From Candidatus Niyogibacteria bacterium (GTDB lineage: Bacteria; Patescibacteriota; Minisyncoccia; JACROR01): DNA of 64,000 bases. Position 1 is the stretch's first letter. Each line of letters starts with the position of its first letter. A program made the position numbers and the translations under genes. Below, piece after piece: positions 28,434 through 37,219 of the stretch. The notes below the pieces were generated by a model. That model did not search any database. It was not told where the DNA came from and worked only from the letters and a program-made list of their open reading frames with translations. The DNA is taken from contig JACROR010000001.1 of assembly GCA_016214345.1 (NCBI GenBank), positions 1,264-65,263 of the forward strand, in the 5' to 3' direction.

Positions 28434-29468
28434 TTATTCTTCTTTTTCTTTTTTATATTTCATATCGCTTTCTAACGCAAAATCGCATGTTCGACAAGAT
28501 GGGATTTCAAAAAACTTACCGGAAAAATGTTTTTCTCTAATTTGCTGCAATTTGCGTGATTTCCATGCGTCTTCTAATGACATGTCTTTCAAATTGCCAA
28601 AACAAAGTGTCCTATCATAATCCATACAACATGGAGAAATCATTCCATCCTCCCAAATCGTTAGCCGAGTAATAATCTGCGGGCAGATAAAGCCTGATTC
28701 ATAACTACCATCAAAACATCCCTCTTTTGATTTCACAGGATCAACATAATCAATGAATGAAACCGCGTCAACAATTGGAGAAAAAAGCGCGATAGTGTCT
28801 TCTATTTCTTTTCTGGTTATATCGTGGAATTTAATACAATTTATCCTTGTAAGCGGCCTAATCACATTAAGTTGCTTCTTTAATTCCGCAAAATTTTTTA
28901 TATTCCGTAACACTTTCTCAAATTTAGCGCCAATCCTGATTTTCTCGTATTTTTCTTTATACGGCGAATCAAAAGAAATAATCAATCTATCCAATCCTGC
29001 CTCAATTAATTTTCTGCCATTTATTTCGTTTAATGCGGTCGCATTGGTGTGAAAAAAAACATCCAATATTCCCTTGCTCTTTGCGTAGGAAATCATTTTG
29101 AAGATATTCGGATTTAATAGTGGCTCGCCAAAATTATCAAAATCCACAGCGCACAAACCCTTGCTTCCCCCTTCGTCTATCGCCTTCTGAAAAAACTCAA
29201 ACTCCAAATGCCTTGTCTCAACCCATGTGGTGTCCCCAATTTTTTGTGTACGTGTACACATCGGACACTTGAGATTACATTTGCTGGTAATGCCGATATC
29301 AAGATGAAGAGGAAATTCCGGAATTATTAATTTTTTAGGATATTCTTCCCATTTTTCCCTATATTCTTTGTATTCTGGAGGTTGAGACGCTTCGAACTTA
29401 TCCACGTTCTCATTTTTTATATCCACATTAAAACCAGAATAAACATCGGCGCCATTTTGTTTACGCAC
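28434..29468 (-). CDS. Radical SAM protein with SPASM/twitch domain
   Basis: CNLKCPMC, GEPLL, CPQ...PCC...CRTC. Confidence 0.88.
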   Translation of the reverse strand: MRKQNGADVYSGFNVDIKNENVDKFEASQPPEYKEYREKWEEYPKKLIIPEFPLHLDIGITSKCNLKCPMCTRTQKIGDTTWVETRHLEFEFFQKAIDEGGSKGLCAVDFDNFGEPLLNPNIFKMISYAKSKGILDVFFHTNATALNEINGRKLIEAGLDRLIISFDSPYKEKYEKIRIGAKFEKVLRNIKNFAELKKQLNVIRPLTRINCIKFHDITRKEIEDTIALFSPIVDAVSFIDYVDPVKSKEGCFDGSYESGFICPQIITRLTIWEDGMISPCCMDYDRTLCFGNLKDMSLEDAWKSRKLQQIREKHFSGKFFEIPSCRTCDFALESDMKYKKEKEE

Positions 29469-29556
29469 ACTTTACTCCTTTTCTATTTTATTTAAATGAA
29501 CAAACTATATTAGCACCTTATCACAAATCAACCGCTTAATCAAGTTTTTTTATAAT

Positions 29557-30345
29557 TCACAACTTATAAATGGTTTGGTCCTCTTTTAAAGATCTAAAAT
29601 ATCCTTCGTCTTTTTTAATATCGCTATTAATTCGCAATAGGTCGGGATTTTTTTCAAGAAGAGTCAGTATATCTTTCATGTAAAATATTGAGTCTTTTTT
29701 ATACAATCTGTCGTATACTGCTCTGACAAATTTCAAATCTCTATCTTCATCAACTGTCCAGCGTAAATAAGATAAGTCTTTATCAATCGTGCTAAATCCT
29801 TTGATACGAAAAAATTCCGGGTGATTCCAAATATATGATGTCACATGTTCTCTTTCCGATAAAAATTTCGCTTCTTTCCAAGCTTTTTCCAGCGCCTTAA
29901 AACTGCATACTTCGGTATCAAGACCATCAGGATAATTTGTTCCTGCGTTTTCTTGATTAAGAATATGCCCAGTGCTTACATAGTCACAACTATTCTTTAT
30001 AAAATATTCCACGGTATGGTCAATAATGCATGGGTCAATTAATGGACAATCGCCTGTTATTCTTACAATTATATCTGTGTTATACTGCCTTGCCGCCTTA
30101 TAGCACCTATCCAAAACATCGCTTTCACTACCCGCAAAAGCGCTTACTCCGATATCGTCCGCTACATCTAAAATTTTTTTATTTTCATCATTGTCAACAG
30201 TAGCAATAATTATTTTGTCTATCATCTTTGAATGCCCAACCCTATCAACCACATGCCACAACATTGGCTTTCCACAAATAAACGCCATCGCCTTTCCTGG
30301 AAGTCTTGTTGACGACATTCTTGCTTGAATAATCGCTGTAATCAT
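29557..30345 (-). CDS. spsF: SpsF/PseF-like cytidylyltransferase
   Basis: IIQARMSSTRLPGK, GSESDVLDR, RITGDCP, YPDGLD, REHVT, RWTVDE; ATG overlaps the upstream TGA. Confidence 0.85.
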   Translation of the reverse strand: MITAIIQARMSSTRLPGKAMAFICGKPMLWHVVDRVGHSKMIDKIIIATVDNDENKKILDVADDIGVSAFAGSESDVLDRCYKAARQYNTDIIVRITGDCPLIDPCIIDHTVEYFIKNSCDYVSTGHILNQENAGTNYPDGLDTEVCSFKALEKAWKEAKFLSEREHVTSYIWNHPEFFRIKGFSTIDKDLSYLRWTVDEDRDLKFVRAVYDRLYKKDSIFYMKDILTLLEKNPDLLRINSDIKKDEGYFRSLKEDQTIYKL

Positions 30346-30995
30346 ACAATTTGAGGCGCCACTCCATGCCAAGAGCGAATAAAGAGATGGCGGTGTATAT
30401 TAAATCCATTTTTATTTATTTTTTTAGGGTCCACATAACGACCTGTATAGACTTTGTCTCCATTTTTATCTCTATCGGAACACCAAATAAAATCGTTCTT
30501 CCATAATATTTCATCGTCAGTTAAAAAATAATAAGCAAAAAAAGTAAACGCCGTTAAAATAGCCGATGGAAGATTTTGATTGCGCGCCAAGAGCTTTTCT
30601 ACATTCTCTGGACTTATACCTCGCGTCTGCCGCATTACATTCTTACAGATTAAATACCACTTAAATTTTAAATGTGTTTTATCGGCAAACTTTTCGCGTA
30701 TATACCAATCTTGATTATAAAAACACGGCTCTGACACATTCGGATCCATGCCAAGATCAGAGCGCATTTTATTAATCGTCAAATGTGCGCCATCTTTTGT
30801 TTTTGGTATTCCAAGAATCAATATATAGTTACGCTTATTTTTTTTTAAATATTCTTCACTAAAAAAAATTTTAGGAAATTTACCTTTTCTAAAACTAATC
30901 GGGTCAACAATGCCTAATTTAGAGGCGATGCCTTGCAATTCGTCAGGCCCAATAAAATTTTTACCCATTATTTTTTTAGCTTGGCTAATATCCAT
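30342..30995 (-). CDS. Uncharacterised protein, probable C-type-lectin/FGE-like fold
   Basis: AKKIMGKNFIGP, CFYNQDWY, WYLI, WCSDRDKNGDKVYTG, GFNIHRHL; translationally coupled to spsF. Confidence 0.7.
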   Translation of the reverse strand: MDISQAKKIMGKNFIGPDELQGIASKLGIVDPISFRKGKFPKIFFSEEYLKKNKRNYILILGIPKTKDGAHLTINKMRSDLGMDPNVSEPCFYNQDWYIREKFADKTHLKFKWYLICKNVMRQTRGISPENVEKLLARNQNLPSAILTAFTFFAYYFLTDDEILWKNDFIWCSDRDKNGDKVYTGRYVDPKKINKNGFNIHRHLFIRSWHGVAPQIV

Positions 30996-31013
30996 GGAAT
31001 CCTACTAAATAAT

Positions 31014-32081
31014 TCAAACCGTGTCCCAATAAATTGCCTCTCTGGCTTTTATATCTTTTTTTGCTATCCTTCCGATAATCAAATGTTTAAATTTTGGAAT
31101 AATGCCAACCGCGGGTCGCAACTCAATAATGTCTTCTCTTTTTATAACTTCACCGCTCTTAATATTGCGCTTCGCGTGCAAAGACCGACGCTGAACAATT
31201 ACAGTTTCAGACTCCTCTTCAACAATATCTTTTTTTGTCGTTCCAAGCGCTTTTTCCAATAATCTGATTTTTTCTACCATTAACTTAAACTCCCGTGGTT
31301 CCATTGAGTGCGGGTGATCAGGACCAGCATCTTTTTTACTTAATGTAAAATGTTTTTCAATAACTTTGGCTCCAAGCGCTATAGCCCCCAACACAACAAC
31401 ATCGCCGGGTGAATGGTCGGAATATCCAGTGATAACATTAAAGGCTGTTTGATATGTTTTTAAAACATTAATATTTGCGCTCTCTATTTTTGACGGATAA
31501 TTGGTAATACATTGCAATAAAATTATTTTGTCGTTACCAGCATTCTCTATAACTCTTACTGCCTCATCTATTTCGGCTAATGTGCTGTCACCAGTTGATA
31601 AAATGATGGGTTTATTTTTTTGAGCGACATATTCAAGCATTTCATGCCACGTAATTTCACCGGAACCAATTTTAAAAAAATCAACTCCTAATTCATGCAA
31701 AAGATCAACGGCTGAAAAATCATACGGCGCAGAATTGAAAACCGTTCCTATTTCTTTACAATAATTATAAAGCTCTTTATGCCACTTGCGTGGAAATTCA
31801 GCTGCCCTGAAAACTTCGTCTATTGGCTTTTTCCAACTGCCATGCACGCCCTTAAGATTCATCTTGGCAAAACTCGGACCAGATATAATTGTATCAGCGG
31901 AGAACGTCTGAAATTTAACCACATCCGCGCCCGCTTCTTTCGCCGCCAAAGCAAGTTTTTTTGCCTTATCTAAATTCCCATCAAAATTGGCGCCAATATC
32001 AGCTATAAAATAGGATGGGTGTCCTTCTCCAACCAATCTTTTTCCGATTTTTATTTCTGAGCTAAAAGTTTTTTGATTCAT
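31014..32081 (-). CDS. Nonulosonate synthase (PseI/NeuB family) with C-terminal SAF domain
   Basis: ADIGAN, KFQTF, KIGSGEI, GYSDH, EKHFTL, RRSLHA, RPAVG. Confidence 0.9.
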   Translation of the reverse strand: MNQKTFSSEIKIGKRLVGEGHPSYFIADIGANFDGNLDKAKKLALAAKEAGADVVKFQTFSADTIISGPSFAKMNLKGVHGSWKKPIDEVFRAAEFPRKWHKELYNYCKEIGTVFNSAPYDFSAVDLLHELGVDFFKIGSGEITWHEMLEYVAQKNKPIILSTGDSTLAEIDEAVRVIENAGNDKIILLQCITNYPSKIESANINVLKTYQTAFNVITGYSDHSPGDVVVLGAIALGAKVIEKHFTLSKKDAGPDHPHSMEPREFKLMVEKIRLLEKALGTTKKDIVEEESETVIVQRRSLHAKRNIKSGEVIKREDIIELRPAVGIIPKFKHLIIGRIAKKDIKAREAIYWDTV

Positions 32082-32083
32082 AA

Positions 32084-33292
32084 TCAATTAAAATTTAATT
32101 TTCGTTGACGTTTTTTGTATTTTTCTATCTCTTCTTTTGATAAATGCACTTTGCCATACGCGGATGATCCTCCCCAAACATTATCTTTCACCCATTCTTC
32201 ATTGTCAATCCGCCATACGCGGGGATCTCTAAAAAAATCAGCTGTCTTCCAGAACTCATCTTCTTTCATACCAACGTATTCAAGCCAATGATATAAATCA
32301 CTTGATACGACATGGTCATATTTCTTTACCATTTCTATCCCCTCCTCGCGCGTCATGTAGCCATCTCTAACATCTTTTGAGGCGTGGTCAGACGCCCTGC
32401 CATATCCAAATTTTACAAACTTCATTAAATCGTGTATTCCATTTTCATATCTATCATCCAAATTTGAGAATCTCCTGTATGTTCTTTCAAACGGTGTTTC
32501 TTTTGGTTTCCATCCATATTCCTCCTGCACCATTTTGGCATGCCGATTCGGATCCCATCTAAAAAAATTTCCTATGTAAAGACCTCTCACGCCGACTTTC
32601 AAAATATCCTCGTCTGTCGGATATTTTGCCCATTGTAAATCTTTTTCACTTAATTGTTCAACGGGGTCGTTGATCATATCATGCCACTCGTAACCCCTCA
32701 AATCATGCTCATGTCTGACGCGGGCGCTAAACTCAACGAAATCATCAGGTTCAAACATTCCTGATATATCCCAGCTGGTTTCTCCCCAAATCATAAGCGG
32801 AATATTCAATCTAACTGCAACCTGTATCGGATATGTCATAATTCCGCAATGATTATGCCAATTCATATCGCCCATCTTCCTAAAACATAATCTATTTAAC
32901 TTCTTCAAAACTTCAACGCTGGGGCCAAAAACAAGATGGTCAACATTAAACACGTTGCGCATTCTGTCTCTATTATAATCCGCCTCAGGCAAGTAATTGT
33001 TCCCGTGATAAGTCGCTAGCAACGGCTTGAGCCCATATTCGGCAACCATTATATGCGTCTGATAATAACTATCTTTACCGCCACTAACAGGAATAATACA
33101 ATCGTAATCGCCCTTATTGTTTCTTGAGATTTCTTTAACTATTTCTCCAAATCTTGCCTTTCTCTTTACCCAAAAATCCGGCGCCAAAGCGTTAAATTTT
33201 TCGAAAGTTATACAACTTGAACACACGCCGGATTCATTCAGGCCCAAATTAACAGTTATTTGAGGATACACGCATCGTTTGCAATATTGCAT
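32084..33292 (-). CDS. N-acetyl sugar amidotransferase (WbuX/PseA-like)
   Basis: YCKRC, CSSC, PVSGGKDS PP-loop, KFGYGRAS. Confidence 0.9.
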   Translation of the reverse strand: MQYCKRCVYPQITVNLGLNESGVCSSCITFEKFNALAPDFWVKRKARFGEIVKEISRNNKGDYDCIIPVSGGKDSYYQTHIMVAEYGLKPLLATYHGNNYLPEADYNRDRMRNVFNVDHLVFGPSVEVLKKLNRLCFRKMGDMNWHNHCGIMTYPIQVAVRLNIPLMIWGETSWDISGMFEPDDFVEFSARVRHEHDLRGYEWHDMINDPVEQLSEKDLQWAKYPTDEDILKVGVRGLYIGNFFRWDPNRHAKMVQEEYGWKPKETPFERTYRRFSNLDDRYENGIHDLMKFVKFGYGRASDHASKDVRDGYMTREEGIEMVKKYDHVVSSDLYHWLEYVGMKEDEFWKTADFFRDPRVWRIDNEEWVKDNVWGGSSAYGKVHLSKEEIEKYKKRQRKLNFN

Positions 33293-33300
33293 AAAATTAA

Positions 33301-34494
33301 TTACTCCTTATATCCCATATAATAAATATCTCCTTGGCCGCAATAACCATTAAATAAAAACTGGTTTTTATCAATCTCTTTCTTTATTTTTTTAATATCT
33401 TTCGTGTTCTTTAACAGATAAATTAGGCCTTTCAATTCTTTGAAAAAATTGGAAATTTTGTTGATTTCTTTTTTATATATGCGCTCTAAATTAAAATTGA
33501 AATCTAAATTTTCTATCTCTTTAAATTTTTCCAGCTTAATTACAGAATCGGGCCCTATATCTTTAATTAAATCGGTAATCTTATTAAGATTATTCATTGG
33601 CAGTAAGTCTTTATGATATTCATTTATTATTTCCTTATCCGTTGCGTTCGCTGTCATCCAAAAATACTCAGAGAAAGAAAGTAATTTTCTATATTTCTTT
33701 TCTGTATAATCAATTATGTCGTTTCTTGGCGAATCAACTAAAGGAAACGGAAATTGTAATGGCGGCCATGACGAATAAAATTTAATATTATTTTCATCAA
33801 ACCACTTCAATATCTCCTCTACGCTGGCGTTATCTGCTTTCGGAACAACATAAGAATCATAAATTATTGAATCAGCGCTTCGTTTGCCATATTTGACAGC
33901 TCTATCAATGTGCTCCTTAAACAAAAATTTTGCCAATGTGACAATCTCTTCTTCTGACTTAGCCAATTTATATAAAATCATTCTTTGTAGATTTCTTTGA
34001 AAAGCTCCTGCCTTATTTCCAACACTAATAAATACAAACCCTCTCGGCCTCAAATAAGAAACTAATTTTTTAAACCCAGCTCTTTGGTCATTCGTATGGT
34101 GCAAAACTCCGTTTGACACCACAATGTCAAATTTTTTATTCGGTTTAAAATCAAATAACGAAATATTGTGAATTTTCAATTTTTCCGTTAATTTATATTT
34201 TTTAAACAATTTTTTGCATCTATCCACGGACAAATTATTCATCTCCACGCCAGTGATATTTGCCCCCCATTTTGCATAAAATAAATCCTGTTCGCCGGTT
34301 CCTGAACCAAAATCCAATAATTCCGCGCTATCAAACATTTGCAATGGAAACTTCAACTTATCTCTAAATAATGACTCGCGAAATTTTTGATGATATTTAA
34401 AAATATCATTGCTTTCAATTTTATGCGTACTTGGATTAACTTTTTTGTAAACAGCTAAAACTTTTTTCTCTACTTGTTTTAATATTTTTTCCAT
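33301..34494 (-). CDS. Class I SAM methyltransferase
   Basis: LDFGSGTG, FDIVVSNGVLHHT, LRPRG. Confidence 0.85.
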   Translation of the reverse strand: MEKILKQVEKKVLAVYKKVNPSTHKIESNDIFKYHQKFRESLFRDKLKFPLQMFDSAELLDFGSGTGEQDLFYAKWGANITGVEMNNLSVDRCKKLFKKYKLTEKLKIHNISLFDFKPNKKFDIVVSNGVLHHTNDQRAGFKKLVSYLRPRGFVFISVGNKAGAFQRNLQRMILYKLAKSEEEIVTLAKFLFKEHIDRAVKYGKRSADSIIYDSYVVPKADNASVEEILKWFDENNIKFYSSWPPLQFPFPLVDSPRNDIIDYTEKKYRKLLSFSEYFWMTANATDKEIINEYHKDLLPMNNLNKITDLIKDIGPDSVIKLEKFKEIENLDFNFNLERIYKKEINKISNFFKELKGLIYLLKNTKDIKKIKKEIDKNQFLFNGYCGQGDIYYMGYKE

Positions 34495-34510
34495 AAAATT
34501 TAAAATTATT

Positions 34511-35320
34511 CTAGTTTACCGATAAAATATCCGGGGCTCTTACATTATAGTTCTTTTCGTACAAATATTTTTTAGCGTAATAAACGCTCTGATCACTATA
34601 ATGAAAAATGTTGGCAGCGGCCACGGCATCAACGCTCGTTTTATCCAATGCCTCCGCAAAATGCGACCAAGCTCCGACTCCGCCGCACGCAATAACGGGT
34701 ATATTAACCTTCTCAGCAACATTTTCAAGAAGATTAATGTCGTAACCATTTTTCATACCATCACGATCTATAGAATTTAACAAAATTTCACCAGCCCCAT
34801 AAGACTCCGCGATGCTTGCCCACTCTACTGGAGTATAATCGGTTGAAACCAAACCACCATTTGAAAAAACTTTATACTCTCCATTCACTATCTTCACATC
34901 GATTGACACAACAACACATTGTGAGCCAAATTCTTTGGCCGCTTCCGTAATAAATTTCTTATCAGCAAGAGCTTTTGAATTAATAGATACTTTATCAGCA
35001 CCAGCGGATAATAAATCTTTTATGTGTTTAAGAGTCCTAATTCTGCCACCGACAGTGATCGGCATAAATGCAACAGTTGATACGTCTTTAATAATATCAA
35101 TGAAAGAGTGGCGATTTTGATATCCCTGATCGTCTCTTCTCAAATCGTATGTTTCATCCTTGGAAATATCAAGATATATAAGTTCATCGGACGCCCATTG
35201 ACTTAACCTCTTAACTGCCGCGACTGGATTGCCAAGATTTTGATAGCGACAAAACTCCTTACTCTGCACGAGCCAGCCATTTTTGAGAAGCAAAATTGGT
35301 ATAAGACGCTTTTTTTTCAT
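34511..35320 (-). CDS. HisF-like cyclase subunit, glycan-associated (WbuZ type)
   Basis: DELIYLDI, PITVGGRI, GADKVSINS, GAGEILLNSIDRDG; next to WbuX. Confidence 0.88.
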   Translation of the reverse strand: MKKKRLIPILLLKNGWLVQSKEFCRYQNLGNPVAAVKRLSQWASDELIYLDISKDETYDLRRDDQGYQNRHSFIDIIKDVSTVAFMPITVGGRIRTLKHIKDLLSAGADKVSINSKALADKKFITEAAKEFGSQCVVVSIDVKIVNGEYKVFSNGGLVSTDYTPVEWASIAESYGAGEILLNSIDRDGMKNGYDINLLENVAEKVNIPVIACGGVGAWSHFAEALDKTSVDAVAAANIFHYSDQSVYYAKKYLYEKNYNVRAPDILSVN

Positions 35321-35952
35321 CTGCTTTCTACTTGCAATTTTAAAAAATTTTCTAATAAAAGCCTGCCTGCCTTCTGGCTCTTTTCCGGATGAAATTGAAC
35401 GCCAAATATATTATCGCGGGACACTATTGAATTAAAATTCTCGCCATATTGTGTCTTAGCCACAATATCACTCTCATTATCCGCCACAAGCTTATAGCTA
35501 TGAACAAAATAAAAATCCTGCTTATCATCAAGCCCTTTAAGTAGCGGCGATTCTCTTAAAATATTTATATTATTCCATCCAACGTGAGGTAACGGCAAAC
35601 TATCCGCATTTACTTTCTTTACACTGCCGGGGATCCATCCCAATCCTTCATGCTCTCCAAATTCATATCCTTTTGTCGCCAATACTTGCATACCAACACA
35701 AATCCCCAAAAAGGGCTTTTTATTTTGAAAAATCTCATCCTCTAATATTGCAAGAGGGATTTTATTTCTTATTTTATCCATTGCCACGCCAAACGCGCCA
35801 ACTCCAGGTAAAATAATATGCGTCGCCAATTTAATATCATTTAATTTATTAGACACGGTCACATCGGGCGTGATGGCGAGTAATATATTATAAACTGACT
35901 GAATATTCCCGGCGCCGTAATCCAAAATACAAATTTTTTTATTTGAAATCAT
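35317..35952 (-). CDS. HisH-like glutamine amidotransferase, glycan-associated (WbuY type)
   Basis: LDYGAGN, LPGVGAF, LGICVGMQ, PHVGWN, QFHPEKS. Confidence 0.88.
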   Translation of the reverse strand: MISNKKICILDYGAGNIQSVYNILLAITPDVTVSNKLNDIKLATHIILPGVGAFGVAMDKIRNKIPLAILEDEIFQNKKPFLGICVGMQVLATKGYEFGEHEGLGWIPGSVKKVNADSLPLPHVGWNNINILRESPLLKGLDDKQDFYFVHSYKLVADNESDIVAKTQYGENFNSIVSRDNIFGVQFHPEKSQKAGRLLLENFLKLQVESR

Positions 35953-36000
35953 GCCGCTTTTCAAAAAACTTTGAATAAAATTCGCCCTCTAAATAATTCT

Positions 36001-37002
36001 CTAAATTTGTATATTTTTTGTGATCTCAATCAACTGATCCTTTGTTAACCATTCTTTATTTGTGTTGCTACAATAGCAAAAATCGGGTGATAATTGTTTC
36101 CCGCTTTGTAAAAATTTACTTATATCTTCCGCATTAAATAAATCACGATTTTCTGGCAATATAACAAAATATTTATCAAGCTCAACAGCATGCCTAGACT
36201 CTTCCGAAGTAACTAGTGTTTCGTGTAACTTCTCTCCCGGTCTAATGCTGGTAAATTCTCTCTCTGCTTTCGGAATAATGGCGTCAAACAAATCTACTAC
36301 TTTCATGCTGGGAATTTTTGGGATAAAAATTTCTCCTCCTTCCATATTCATGAGACTGAAAAATACAAGTCTGAAACTTTGATCCAAGGTTATCCAAAAT
36401 CTAGTCATTCTTTGATCTGTAATATATACCTTTTTTAATTCTTTATTTCTCAATAAAGTTTCTACTATGCTGCCCCTACTGCCGATAACATTTCCATAGC
36501 GCACACAACCAAATACGGATGCGCCTCCGGTATACGCATTACCGTTGATAAATAATTTTTCAGCGCATAATTTTGTTGAACCGTAAAGATTTGCTGGCTG
36601 CGCCGCCTTATCGCTTGAAATTAATAAAACTTTTTTTACTCCTTGATCAATTGCGGCCTCTATAACATTTTGACTGCCAATAATGTTTGTTTTAACCGAT
36701 TCAAGAGGATTATATTCAAGGGTTGGCACTTGTTTTAACGCGGCCGCGTGTATTACGATATCCACACCACGAAAAGCTCTTTGCAGCCTACTCAATTCGC
36801 GAACATCGCCAAGAAAAAAGCGCAATCGATCATCATCATCTTTTATTTCAGATTGCATGTGAAATTGTTTAAATTCGTCTCTGCTAAATACAATTACCTT
36901 TTTTACAACTGTATTTTGTAACAGAAACTTCACGAAGTTTTTGCCAAAAGAACCCGTGCCACCTGTTATTAATATTATTTTATCTTTTAATAATTCATTC
37001 AT
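36001..37002 (-). CDS. pseB: UDP-N-acetylglucosamine 4,6-dehydratase (inverting)
   Basis: TGGTGSFG, FSRDEFKQ, HAAALKQVP, LEYNP, RYGNVIGSRGS, RMTRFWITL, RPGEKLHE. Confidence 0.88.
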   Translation of the reverse strand: MNELLKDKIILITGGTGSFGKNFVKFLLQNTVVKKVIVFSRDEFKQFHMQSEIKDDDDRLRFFLGDVRELSRLQRAFRGVDIVIHAAALKQVPTLEYNPLESVKTNIIGSQNVIEAAIDQGVKKVLLISSDKAAQPANLYGSTKLCAEKLFINGNAYTGGASVFGCVRYGNVIGSRGSIVETLLRNKELKKVYITDQRMTRFWITLDQSFRLVFFSLMNMEGGEIFIPKIPSMKVVDLFDAIIPKAEREFTSIRPGEKLHETLVTSEESRHAVELDKYFVILPENRDLFNAEDISKFLQSGKQLSPDFCYCSNTNKEWLTKDQLIEITKNIQI

Positions 37003-37219
37003 AAATTCTTAAAAATACGCCGCTCACAAAAGAGTATAAAACGTATCTATCTTTTTCTCTAATATAAATTAAAATGCGGCATATTGCAAGAATAATAAAA
37101 TTTATTGCGATAGAACGCTATTGACATATTTTAATACCAAAGATACTTTTTATTATAGATACTGGTAAAATAACACACGAAAGTCCGAAGGTTCATTTAC
37201 AATTAAGGAGGGCGCGATC

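Noticed and set aside
30342-30500. Active DGR variable repeat
   Set aside because: No reverse transcriptase or template repeat noticed in the window; action in trans cannot be excluded
34511-35952. Histidine biosynthesis hisF/hisH
   Set aside because: Adjacent to WbuX and PseB with no other his genes; matches the glycan amidotransferase trio
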